NCBI RefSeq assembly: GCF_009914755.1
Contig: NC_060933.1
Reading direction: 5' to 3' (one strand)
Length of the DNA: 64,000 nucleotides
Source: the human T2T-CHM13v2.0 reference genome, Homo sapiens
The notes beneath the pieces were generated by a model that saw nothing but the letters and a program-made list of their open reading frames with translations, had not been told where the DNA came from and did no database searches. Each line of letters starts with the position of its first letter. Position 1 is the first letter of the stretch. This document shows, one piece after another, positions 30,692 through 46,050 of this stretch. Made by a program: the position numbers and the translations under genes.

Positions 30692-32175
30692 AGATAGATA
30701 GATAGAGAACTGAGGCAGGAGAGGAAGGACACTTGCCTGAGGTGACATGCGACTCAGCAGGAAATCAGGGACAAGAACTCAGGTTCCCCTGCCCAGGCCT
30801 CTCTGTACTGCACCAACTGGATGTCTCAGAGTATCCAGGTTTCATCTTGGGGCTCTCTTTCTGGACTCACCAGTGACATGTCCCTTTTGGACCTTCGGGC
30901 TCACTGACTAGAGCCCTGCTATCCTCTGGGAAAAGCAGCATGTGCAATAGACAAAGCCCCTTGGTCGGTGGGCTGGAGACTGCGGCACCTTCTCGTCCCT
31001 TCTTACTGATGATTTCAGGCAAATATGCCTTGTTTCTCACCTCAGTTTCTCCTTTGTAGCAACTAGGGACTGGACCAAGTACTGCCAGGTGCCTTCCAAA
31101 TATCCAGTTCTCTGATTCTTTGCAGGCCGTCTCCTCTTCCTGGCTTCCAAAAGTCAATGGTCAGGGCCAGGGCTTGGTGCAGCAGAGAAGCAGCCCCCAG
31201 CCTGTTCCCCAGGCGCCTCTGGGCAGGAGCCTTCGCATGCAAGCTGCAGCCCAAGCCGAAGCTGGGAGGTTTGTTGTTGTTTGTGGAGCCAGGCAGTTTC
31301 CAAGATGTCATTGCTTAGGGAAAACCATCATTCCTCCCAGGAATAAACAAGGCTGCTTATGGCTCAGCCCCCTAAGCCTGGAGAAGCTGGAGCCACTCAC
31401 AGCAGACCAGCCAGGCTCAGCCTCAGGGAGTGCTGCCTGCCCCTGCACAACCAGCTGTACCCTGGCTTCCAGGATTGGAGTGGGGATGGGGGCAGGATGG
31501 TGGGAGGTGTGCTAGAGCCATAAGCCTCTTGGGAGATCAGAGCTTCCGGGCACAGATGAGAGGGAAGAGGGTCCCAGGACATGCTCTTCCTTCTGGCAGT
31601 GGGCCTAAGTCATCACTCGAGATGTGTGGATAGCTGCCAGGTATGCTCCAGATGGCCCAGGGCTTCTCCCCTCTCCCTGCCCTCCATGGGCCAGCCCGCT
31701 TGCACCTGGTACCGTGGCTCAGGCTGCTGCCGGAGAACTGTCAGCGGCTCCCAACTTAGAAAGGGGGGTGTGTATTTGGAACTGGGCATGCTTTTCGCCA
31801 CATAGCCAGGGCTCTCTGTGGTGTCCTCAGTTACCTCTTACTGGGGTTAGCCTTGGGCAAATAGCAGAGCTCGGGGACTCAGGGAAGGGTGGCAGAGGGT
31901 AAGGGAACAAGGAGAGAGGCAGAGAAAGGTCTTGGCAGTGCCTCTGGGGACCACATGGCTGGCAGGAACCTTGACAGCAGGCCGAAGGCAGCCAGGAGAA
32001 GGACTGTGGAATGGGAGGTGGCATGGCTATGCCACCCCTCAAGTCAAGGGTTGGAAGCAATGTTCAGCCAGGCCATGAAATCTTCACTTCTCAGACCTCA
32101 CTTCCTGCAGTTCCCAGTTGATTCAAATAGCAGCAGCTCTGTACTGTCCTCTCTGCCTGTCTCCCTTCCGTGTCT

Positions 32176-32255
32176 TTCCTTCTTTCCTTCCTTCCTTCCT
32201 TCCTTCCTTCCTTCCTTCCTTCCTTCCTTCCTTCCTTCCTTCCCTCCTTCCTTCC
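32176..32255. repeat. (TTCC)n microsatellite
   Basis: Direct reading. Confidence 0.95.
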
Positions 32256-33059
32256 ATGTGTGTTAAGCACCTACTGTGTGCCATGTACTTACAAATTACT
32301 AGTGGCATAGATCTAAAAGGCCCAATCTTTAATCTAGTGCCAGGATGTTCAGGTAATGGACAGTAACAACACAGCTTTAATGGAGAGGCATGGGGTGGGG
32401 AGGGGGGTGCTGTGGGACTCCCCAGGGAAGCACTCAGTTCAGCCTGGGAGCCTCAGCAAAGCTTCCTACAAGAGGTGAAGCTGCATGTGATTGTACAGAT
32501 GCTTGCCCATTGAAGAGCAGGTCTCCATCCCAGTCTATCCACCCCTCAGAGGTGTAGACATGTTTCCCGCCTATCCATGGAAATTGCTTTTGTGTGTCCA
32601 GCCACATGCTCCTCCTTGTCTAGGGAGGTTGTATAGGAATATGGGCTCTGGACTTGAGGGAAGGATCTCTCCTACCTTACAGTCTTGTGCTCTTGGACAA
32701 GAATGGAGCTTCTCCTGCCTTCATGTCCTCAAGCAGTGGTCTAGCCTCCTCGAGTTAAATGAGATAATAGCTGTAAAGCACTTAGACATGTTTCATGTGA
32801 ATGGATTCTGTGTCCTGATAGCAGTGGGAGTGCCACTAGCGCCCATCTCATAGGTGGCTGTTATTAAATGCAGCGATGTAGGTGAGGTGCTTGGCGTGGA
32901 TCTGACACTGAGCAGGCATTCAGGAGGCAGCGCGGCAGCGTTTTGCTGGAGGGAAACAGTTGGAATGCGCAATCAGAGATGTGTACAAAGCAAGGAGCTC
33001 ACCGAGAAGCAGTGAGCCTCAGCCCAGGGAGCAGAAGAGGAGACACTGGGATGAGGGGT

Positions 33060-34590
<1,531 letters not shown>

Positions 34591-37500
34591 CAATACGTGG
34601 GTGGGTCACTTGAATTTTGAAGAATGAGTAGAGCTTCAGCAGGTGGACAGGGGAGGGGAAGGTGCTCTAGGCAGGACGTACAGTGTGAGCATAGGTTTAG
34701 AGGGGCCTGAGGGTAGAGTGTAGCAGACTGGCTGGAGGGAAAAGAGGAGAAACGGTGTGGTGGAGAGGTTGGCGGGGGCAGAACACACAGGGTTAGAGGA
34801 TGGGACTTTATCCTAGAGGGATGAAGGCATTTTGAGCAGGAGACCAATATAGGCAAGTTGGTGCAGGGCCAAGGGAGATAAGAGAAAGTCTCATGACAGA
34901 GGGAGGCAGGAGGGTGGGTTTGGAGAAGACTGTAAATTCAGCCAAACCTAGCCCTGACATCACCCCCAAGCAGAGATAGGGTGTGCCTGCCTCAGGAGGC
35001 AGCGGTGAGGCTGAGTGTGCCTGAGGCTCGGGAGGGTGACCTTCGGCCACAGGGTTGTGGCTTAGTCTCATGTCCACATGTCCACTCCAGTGTCCTCAAG
35101 TGAAAAAGCCTCTTTTTTTTACTGGATGGGCACCCCACCACCACCCAGTGCCCCCAGCGCTGCAGGCCCTGAAGGAGGAGGGCAGTGGGGCAGACTGGGG
35201 CAGACAGATAAGGCAAGGGTGTGTATCTGGAAAGGGGGACCTTTCTGTTCCTCCTGCCCTTGATGCCCCCACAAGGAGACCTGGCTATGCCTTGGGCCCT
35301 GAACTCTGATCTTTCTAGGCTAGCTGAGATTCAGAACTGGACAGACATGCTGGGAAGAGCAAGACCCAGTGAGGGGAGTGATTTGGCCCAGGCCATGCAG
35401 TGAGCCAGACTGACCCAGCCTAGGGGCAGGCTGAGCACAGACTCATCTGCCTTCTCAGCTTCCAAGTTTCCCCCCCTGAAACCTGCAACTAACAGGACTC
35501 CTGTCCTAGGCTGCTGTAAGGGTCAGAATACGTCAAGTGCCCTGTCCCGGAATTGGATGCAGGAGAGGGAGCTGATGATGTCGATGATCGTCATGAGAGT
35601 AACAATTATGATTACAGAAATTGCAGATGCTTATTGAGCACTTACTAGGTGCCAGGCCCTATGCTAAGCCCTCCCCACAGAGCTGTGATGTGGGTACTCA
35701 GTATTCACATTGCCATTTTACAGATGAGGAAATCGAGCCTGAATAGGTTAAGCAGCCTGTGCAGGTACCTTGACGTAGGAGGTGGCAGAGCCAGGGTTTG
35801 AAGCTTGATTTGCCTATCTCCAAGCCCCAGTTGTTCATCAGCAATAGGCTTCCCTCCTTCCACCTCTGGCTTTCAGTCCTCCCTATTCTCAGAGCTGTTG
35901 CTTGGAGTAAAACCTTAGTTTTTGGGTTGGTCCCTGGTGCCCACTCATGAGAGAGTCAAGCTGTGGAGAGGAAGGCAAGGAGCAGAGGGGCACCACCATG
36001 GGCTACTGTGTGCCAGGCACTGCCTCCATATGCCCCGTAGCAGCCGTGAGGAAGCGGCACACTGGCTGTGAGGGAGGCGGCACATGGATAGGAATTGGGA
36101 TTCACCCCCAGGCCCTCCTGCTTCCAAAGGCTGACCTCATGACTGCAGTGCTATTTGTGTCCTTCCCTGAGGTCATCCTGGCATGGCAGAGCTTCTTTGA
36201 TTAACCTAGCAGAAAACATCACAGAGAAGCCACACGCTTCTAGCTCTCCCCACCTGGAAGGGGACCCTGGGAGGGAGAGGATTTGGGAGGGTCACTGGGT
36301 GTACAGAATTCTGCACTGCCCCTCCCAACACCAGGTGTCAGTCTCCTGCCCCTCAGTCTCCAACCATGTGGAGTCCGAGCGGGGCCCCTGCGTCTGGTAT
36401 TGCTCTCCACTGCCTAGCACAGAGCCAGGCCCAGGTTTGTCCTCAGGAAGCATCCTTTGAAGGAAGGGAAGGAGGAAGTGAAGACGGCAGGAAAGGAGAT
36501 CACAGAGGAGTAGAAAGAGCAGGGCTTTGGAGTCAGGCAGACCATGGTTTCAATTCTGACTCTTCCACTGACTTGCTTTTTGATCTTGTGTAAGTTACTT
36601 AATGTCTCTAACTCCTAGTTTTCTTATTAAAAATGATACTGATCTCATAGGATTGTTGGAAGTAGAGCCTAAAGTATAAAACAACTGTCACAGTGTGTGG
36701 CATGCAGTAGATGCTCAGTTAATGATCTCTCTCTCTCCCCTATCTTTGTCATCATTATCTGTTTTGAACACCTCTAGCTTCACCTTCCTTACCTCTGCAG
36801 CGCTAAGTAAACATTGCTTTCAGGGTAACGTTGGAATTCCTTAAAATATCCATGCTCCTGCCTCATCCAACCACCTCCACTTCCTTGAATGTTCCCTGCT
36901 GGCTCTGGCTCAGCCTGGAATATCCTGTCCCATCTTTTCCCCCCTATTACCTCCTCCCAGAGCCATCCTAGTTGTCCCTGCTGCCTCTACTTCCACAGCC
37001 TCCTAGCATGGTAGCAGGTGGGTGAGAGATGGACCTGGCATCTCCAAGGCAGAGAACATGGCTTGTTGCTGTTTGGCAGCAATAGCCAACACAGGCCCTG
37101 GCGCATGGCTGCAGCTCTGTAGGTATTTGCTGAGTAAGTCTTGGGGGAAATGGTGTGAATAAGCCAGACATGATCCTGATGAGCCAAACAGGACCTGCCC
37201 GGGGCCATGACAGCAGGGCAGGCTGGGTCTTGGCAGGGGAGCAGAGAGCCTTCTAGCCAGGGCATCCGAGGCAGATTGAACCAGTGCTCACAGGGATGGG
37301 CAGGAAGTAGACTTGAGGGATAGAGAGCTTAGGGAAATGAGAGGTCCCAGTACACACACACGGAGCAGGCAGAAAAGCAGGGTGCCGGGTGGGAAGGGGA
37401 GTGAGGATGGATCCCACAGGCAGACTGGTTCCTCAGCAGAGCCCCAGGGGGCCTGGAGTTCCCCTTCTCACAAGGCATCAGTCACCACTAGCTCAGGAAG

Positions 37501-38399
37501 AAGCTAGGAACCCCCCTGCTCTCAACTCTCAACTCCCTGCTTTTCAGAGAAGAGAGCTGGAGGAGTAGAAGGGGTGTTTGGGGTGGTGGGTGGGGACAAA
37601 GACTACGAGTCCACCCATGTTGAAGCAGTGGTGTCAGAAATGGAGGCGAGAGGAGAAGGGACCTGGTGAGGGGGTGACAGGGCAGCACCGTGCTGAAACC
37701 CAGACCCCGGGAGCCGCCTCCCCGCCCTGGGAGAAGCTGGGCATCCAGGCAGGTGGTGGTGGGTCTCCAGCAGGCTGCAAGCGGCATGTCCTTCTGGCTT
37801 GGTCAGGCGATAGCCAAGAGTAGGAAGGTTTTCTGAGGGGGCCCTCGTGTCTCCTCTTTCCTCAGGGATTCCCTTTCTGTGAGTGTTGGCTTTGTCCTGA
37901 GAGTCCCTGCGCGGGGGTGAGCTAACCTTCTGTGCCTCAGTATTGCTTTCTGTAGAGTGGGTGCACTCCCTGCTGTGGTGTGCCGCCCTCCTGAGCCTCT
38001 GACAGAGGAGCTTCAGTCTGTGGTCGAATTCTTCCTTTGCCCCTCTCTCCTCCTGCAGTGGGGCCTCTGTTTAGGGAACGTGAATGGGCAGCTGCCTCCA
38101 GGGAACTTGCCACCTCCCCCGTCCTGCTCCAAGGTCATGCCTCTTCTGCACAGGCTCCCCACTATAGAGAGGGTTCTATGTGTTGGAACTGGTCCTGGGC
38201 GAGGTTCTGGGCTGGATTTTAGTGCTGATTCTGTTGTATGACCTTGGCCTTATCACTTCCCTTCTCTGGGCCTCACGTAACAGACAGTCACCTTGCCTGT
38301 TACCTGACGCCACTCTCCAGAATTGTCTCGTCAGTCAGAAAGAAGTAAAAAGGCCTGGGCCTTACTCCTAGGGACTGTGATGCAGTAGGTCTTAGATTG

Positions 38400-39229
<830 letters not shown>

Positions 39230-39582
39230 GATTGTTCTTTCATTCATTTATTCATTCAAACACTTCAGGTGGGGAGTGGTCAGACGTGAGGCTACAGGGA
39301 GACAGAGCCCAGGGTCTTCCAGGGCTACAGAATTTGGACTTTATCTGAGAGGTATTGGGGAGCCAGCCACAGCAACGTTTTAAGCAGAGGAGTGACAAGT
39401 TGAGGTTTGCATGGAGGCAGCTCCCCTGACATAGCACAGAGAATGGCCAGTGGGGTCTGCACCGCCACTGTGAGCCCCACATCATCCTGGTGGGGGATGA
39501 CAGTGGTCTAGAGGGAAGTGGCAGCAGTGGACATGGAGAGAGTAGAAACATTCTTTTTAAAAAAGATTAATCAACTTTTTAA

Positions 39583-39884
<302 letters not shown>

Positions 39885-42800
39885 TCAACTTTTATTTTTT
39901 AGAAATTAGCTTTAGAAATTAGTGCAAAGTACAGAGAGTTCCAATATACTTTGTCCTACTTATTGCCAACCTCCCTAGTAAAAAGATCCTTGAAGTTGTA
40001 TAAGTGATGATCAGGATTTGAGGATTGACCATGGGGGTGGTCACGAAGGAAAAGGAGAAAATGATGGCCAATTCCCTGGTTTGGGCAACTGGTGGTGGCT
40101 TCATTGATACAGGGACCATTAGAGGAGGAATGATGGACTTGCGGGGAGATCACACATTCAGTGTAGGGCTTGTAGAGTTGGGGGTACTGATGGGATATGC
40201 AGAAGGAGGTCTCCATCCATGTCCCTGGGATGCAGCCACACAGCTGTCCTCTGTGTCAGCAGCATGCTAAGGCTCTTCCTGGCCCGGGGCTTTGGCCTAT
40301 GCTGCTTCCTCCCCTAGTGAGCCCCGCCCTGCCCCTTGAGCAGATTTCGGTCTCCAGCCATTCCACAGGGCGGCCTTCCCAACACTCCCCTGGACTCTCT
40401 CACAGCACCCGAGGGTTTTCCTTCACACTGCAGATCTTGGTTTCTGTTTATCCTGTGTTTATGGCAGTGATGACTTGGTCAATATCCCTCCTTCCTCTCT
40501 AGTTCGTAGGCTCCACAAGGACAAGGATCATGTCTTTCTTATTCCTTCCTTTATGCACAGAGCCTAGAACAGTGTCTGGATGCAGAACTATTCCATGAGG
40601 ATTTGTTGAATACTTGCCTGTGGCATCTCAACTCAGGAAAGCGGTCAGGGCTGGCAGAGTGGACTGCGAGTCATCAGTGGCCAGATGGTGCAGATAGCGA
40701 TTGTGGCCTGGGGAGTGGGTGGGTTCCCAAGGGAGTGGACAGGACTGTGATGAGAGGGGCCCTGCAGCAGGTCCTGATGGACAGGCAGACAGGCCCATGA
40801 GAGGGTGGAGAAGGGGTGAAATTCAGGGAGGGAGATGTTAAGGCCACGCTGTGCTGGAGTGACCATGGCTATCGTTTATTGAGTGCTCATGGGTGCCCTC
40901 ATGGTGCTGAGCTCTGGATACTCATTAGCTCATTTATTCCTCTAACAACATTGTGAGGAGATTCTAGAAATCCTATGTTATGGCTAAGGAAACTGAGGCA
41001 CAGAAAGGTTAAGCCAAAGGTCACCCAGCAAGTAAGTGTGAAGTTAGTATCTGGAGCTCCCCCTAATGTAAGTACCGCCTCCATCCTCCTGAATTTTGCC
41101 AAACCTGCTGTGTTGGAGACAGTGGAGGTAGAGGGGAGAGGAGTATGGCCTGGAGGGTCTCTGAGCTGGTGGCGGAGGAAGGACTGGGGGTGTCAGCCTC
41201 TGGGTGGTCAAGAGGCCAGACCTGGAGGAGCTGGGCTGACGCTGAGCCAGGAGAGCTAAGTGTTAGCTGAGCCATCAAGGTTCCTGGAAGCTAGCATTGA
41301 GTCAGGGACCTGAGGCTAGGGATCCAGAGCATGCCAAGCTTGAAGGAACAGCCCATCTTGAAAGCCTGGGGGTCCAAGGCAGGGCAGGAATTCTAACAGC
41401 CTCTCCCTTTCTCAAAGGACTTTACAGTTCACAGAGTGCCTTCCTGCCCTTTCTCACTTGGTCCCCTTAGGTCTCTGGCACAGGAAGCAGCAGGCATCCT
41501 CACCCACTTTCATGGCAGAGAAAACCAAGCTTGGAGTGGGGTAGCTTGGGATCACACAGCTAGCAAATGATGGAGTGAAGATTCCAGTCCAGGTCTTCTG
41601 GCTGCATGTCCAGTGCTCTGTCAGTAAAATCCTGGCTGTTAAGGGCCACCCTGAGACAGAGGCAAACCCCAGTTTACACCCCCCCAGTGCAGGAAGTGGT
41701 TTTCGAGGGCAGATGCAGAGCCCGGCATCCGTGGTGGCTGTGATGAATCATCGGAGTGAGAGCTGCAGGTTGTCCCTGGGTCAGCAAACCTGGCTGCTCA
41801 GTGAGTAGCTGTGTGATGTTGGACAAGTCACTTTCAGCAGCCCACCACTACCCTCAACCCAACATCCGGTGGGCATCTGGGGCCCAGGAGCCAAAGCTGG
41901 TATGAGTGTGAACTCTGGGTGTCATAGCTGCCATCCCTCCTTAGCCTATTCTGAGCTCTGGATTGGATTTGGGAGAGGATTTGATTAGGTCCTAAACAGT
42001 GACTCCATTTAGAGGGCCTGGTTCATTTCCTGTGTGCTTACAGCAGATGAGACATGGGCAGAATTAACCTGGTCCAGCCAAGCCAAAGAAGTGATGGATG
42101 GGAAAGACACAGACCCCCACCTTGGGAGGGTGGGGCAGTGGCTTCCAGCACTCTAGACCCAAGGCCCTGGGTGAGCAAGCTGGTCTTCCTGGGGCGCCCT
42201 GGCTGGATTCTTGTTACTTCAGCTGTTGCAACAGCTGTCTCACTGGGTCCCCAGCTGCCTGTACTTCCTCTATCAGAGCAGTCCCCATGCTCCTTCAAAC
42301 TAGTTGTCTAACCTCTGTTTTTTCTACTTAACTGAGGGCAGAGATTGTGTCTGACTTGTTCCCTGCCGTCCTCCTAGTACCTACCTCAGTGCTTGGAGAA
42401 TGCATGAATGTATGCGTGCCCCAGTCCTCCCTGCCATCCACACATCCTGCCCACATTCCCCAGAGCAGCTTTGACACAGCACAGCTCTGCCTGTGGCATT
42501 TCGTTGCTCACAGGGCAAATCCCATGCCCACCATGTGTTCTGCAACCTCCCCCTCATCTTTGCCTCCCCTCCTGCCCTAATTTTCTCCTACACTTGCCAC
42601 CCTCCCACCCCTGGGTTTCTCGGGTTTCCTATAATTGCTCCGGAGCTCCCGTCAAACCACTTCCCACCCCAGCTCTCCCAAGAACAGGGGCCTTACCAAA
42701 CCTGCACGCAGTCCCTGTTCATACAGACCTGCCTGGGAGCACAGAAAGAACCATGAGCTCTGGGCCCTGTTCGCCAGCATCTGCTGATGTGGGATGCACC

Positions 42801-43399
42801 CAGGTGCGGGGCCTCAGGCAGCACTCCAGGCTGTTCCTCCTCCTTCTACAGCCCTCTGAGGTCCCCAAACACTTGTGTGTAAGGCTCCAAGGAAACAGGG
42901 AGAGACCCTGGGCAGGAGATATGAGTTCTAATCCTGCATCAGCCTCTCATTCTTAGGTAATTCCTTTACCCTCTGGGACCCCAGGTTTCTTATCTCTAAA
43001 ATAAGACCACTGATAGCTCCCATTGTATCAAAAGCTTTTCCAGGGCCAGGCACTGTGAGGAGACTCAAATAGTCCTGTGAGTCCAGTATGATATCACTGG
43101 GCTCAATTCCAGATGAGGAAACGGAGGCTCTGAGGTGTTGAGAGGCTTGGCCAGAGTTGCACAGCTAAAAAGTGGCCCCATTGGGATCAAAATCAGCCTG
43201 GCTCGGGTATCTGAGCACATAACCACTGGGCCCTCTGAGAACCCTTCCATCTTGGTTAGTTTCTCGGCTGATCTCTCTGGGTAGGTGCCCTCTGGGGGCA
43301 GTACCCCTGCCTGAGTGGCACTTCCCCTCCTGGCTTTGTTTGGTTTGGCCTCGATTTAGAACAGGGTTGGCAGAGGCAGGCTGACTTGCATTTCTGGTT

Positions 43400-43610
43400 T
43401 TGGGTTTGTTGCTGCACTTTCCCCAAGGGGTGGGCGGGCTCTGACTGACAGTCACCACTGGGACAGGCCTGGGCCCCACCCTCACCACCCAGGAAAGGGG
43501 AAATGCGGCCCGCTCCCCACTCAGTGCCACTCTGTGCCACTCCGTGCCAGGCCCTGAGGGCACCCGGTTGCTGCTTCCTTCCGTCTTTCCCCAAGGACTA
43601 TCAGAGGCAG
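43400..43610 (+). promoter_or_regulatory. RGS3: Probable internal promoter and non-coding first exon of the 519-aa isoform
   Basis: GC box GGGTGGGCGGG ~43428, CACCC boxes ~43473 and local CpGs. Candidate donors are GAG|GCAGGT (after 43606) or CAG|GTGGCT (after 43610), followed by intronic G-runs. TSS not determinable. Confidence 0.55.
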
Positions 43611-44672
43611 GTGGCTGGGCCAGGGGGTGGGTCGGGGGGAGGTCTGGCCATGTGGTAGGGTGATAGGACTGAGGGGCCCCAGGGAGCTGGCTGCAGGGCA
43701 GTTTGTTTCTCCTGATGGAGAATGCTCCCTGGTGGGTGGGGCGATGGGCTGGGGACTGGTTTGTTCATGGGGACAGAGATCAGAAGTGGGCTTGAGAAGA
43801 ACAGGGCCAGAAGGCCTGGACTCTGGCCCCAGCCTAGCCCCTAATTTGTGCAGGGTGGCTTTGGGCAAGTCACTAAGTCACTGTCTAGACTGGGCCCTCA
43901 GCCTTCCTGTCTACCCAATGGAGGGTCTTTCTGTCCACCTGGGAACAGCCTGATAGGACTGAAGCACAGCCCTTAGTTTCCAGATGAGAATTCTGGACTG
44001 GAGGCCCTGACATTACAATTGCCAACACTGACTCTGGTGTTTGGCAAAATTTGGTGTATGTGGGAAACACGTGCCTCTGGTTGAGGTCCTTAACTTCAGA
44101 ATTTCCCTCTAGATCAATGCTTTTTAAAGCACTAACTCCAACACCACCATCTTCTGTAGGAGCTTTCGAGCTTTCCAGCTTTTCCAGCATACGCTCCTGA
44201 TCTGTTACTCAGGCATGCTGGTTATCCCATTTCATACGTGGACACCTTGAGGCCTAAAGGTTGGTGACTGGCTCTACCTGACACCTCTGTGTGATTCTAG
44301 GTTGCCCCTTGCTCCTCTCTGGGCCTCAGCCTTTCTGTCTATGCAGTGGGGATTTCGGATCGCTGTTGTTTCAGAGTCTGAGGCTATGAGGTCTGAGAGG
44401 GCCCTTGTGTGGAGTCACCTCTGAGCTGCAGGCAGGATTTCCAGGGCAAGAAGGCCACAGCATCAGCAGGCACCTGTCTTTGGCCTGTGAGCCATAGCCT
44501 AAGGCGTGCCCTTCCCGACCTTGGCCAGATCACGCTAGAGTCCTCCAAGGCCTCCCCTCCCTTGCCCAGCCACCTTCTCTGCTCTGCAGGGCTCCACTTT
44601 CACTTTCACACTCCCAGGCTGTGGCTCTTACCCGTGCCGAGCTTTCACATCCGCTCACATCTGTGCTCCCAG

Positions 44673-44843
44673 ATGCCAGCGTGACCCCTGACACGTGTGT
44701 GCAGCAGCCTGCAGCTGCCCCAAGCCATGGCTGAACACTGACTCCCAGCTGTGGGGCTTCACCATTACAGACTCCCCAGGGCTTCAAAGACTTCTCAGCT
44801 TCGAGCATGGCTTTTGGCTGTCAGGGCAGCTGTACAATAGTGG
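44673..44843 (+). other. RGS3: Probable 5'-UTR exon (171 nt) containing three upstream ATGs
   Basis: Branch-like CTCAC ~44654, ctgtgctcccag acceptor and strong TGG|GTAAGT donor at 44844; 1.2 kb upstream of the 46051 acceptor. Confidence 0.7.
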
Positions 44844-46050
44844 GTAAGTCACCGGCCTTTGGGCTCAGTTTTCTCATCCATCAAATGGACATTAATGATT
44901 TCTACAATGAGAGCTCTTAACCCATGTTCTGGGGGTACTTACCCCTGAAGTTTTCTGCCAGTGTGCGCGTGTGCCCGCAGGTGCACACATTCCCAAGCAT
45001 CTGTTCAGTTCCCGAGTATGGGTGAGGTCTTTCCCTTTCATTAGTTCTCAGCAGCTATGGCTTCTTGAAGACAGAACCTGGGCTCTAAATAAATAGTTCC
45101 AGCTCCGGCATTCCTGGTCCTTGACTGGGAGGGGCCCACCCCAGACTTGAGAACTGCCTCCCTGTGTGGTTGTGGCACCATGGACACTCCTGACTTTCTC
45201 GGGGCCCCAATCTTCTGGTGACATAGCTGCTATTCAGACTTTCATTAAGAGAAATGTTTTTCTCTTTGCACATGAAATCTACTGTCGAAACTCAGCAAAA
45301 CCCCCTAGGATCCCGAGGGTTGTGTGTGAGGCAGGAGATGCTGTGTTTTTTGAGGAATCCCTGAGCTTCCTCCAAGCAGTTTAAAAATCCCTGGGTGGGT
45401 GATTCTTCAGGGAGGTTCCGTGTGTCTGCGACATCTGGTGAGTCCAGGTGTGGACAATATTTTAAAGTTCCGGTTTCATTCCAGTTTAATAGTTTCAAAA
45501 AGATACTTAAGCGTTCAGAGCACATTCTTGTTTGAATGACTCATTAGGATTTTTTAAACTTGAGTTCAGGTAGAAGACACCCTGGGCTGGGTTCAGTGAC
45601 TGCCCTGGCTTGGTTCTGGTCCATAAGCAGAGACTGCCTGGTTCTCCTTTATCCCCAGAGGCAACTTTGACCCTGTTTCCTTTTCTGTAAAATGGGGACA
45701 GTGATGCTTCTTTTATAGGGTTGTCGGGAAGGCCACATAAGAGAGTGGGGTCAAGCTGGCCTGGCACCTGCCAAAGCAGGAGCTAGATAGATAGTGGTTA
45801 TCTCTCCCTCTTCTCCTATAAATGACCAGCTGTGTTTTTGATGGAGCAGAAAGTTCAAGCAAGAAGACAGGGTGAGAATTGTTACCCAGCTAAGTCAAAG
45901 GGGCTTTGGGGGTTCCATCTGGCACCTCAGCTTTCAGACTGGGGGCCCGGGGTTCAGGCCACTGCCTGATTTCATGTCAGCTCATGCATGGTGTCTGGCA
46001 TCTTGGAGCCTCCTCTTCTGAACTGTTCTTGTTTTCTTTTTGTTTCCCAG

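Noticed and set aside
45988-46050. N-terminal extension of the 371-aa ORF, and its tail after 47028
   Set aside because: These are the intronic pyrimidine tract and the sequence past a consensus donor; the exon is 46051-47028.
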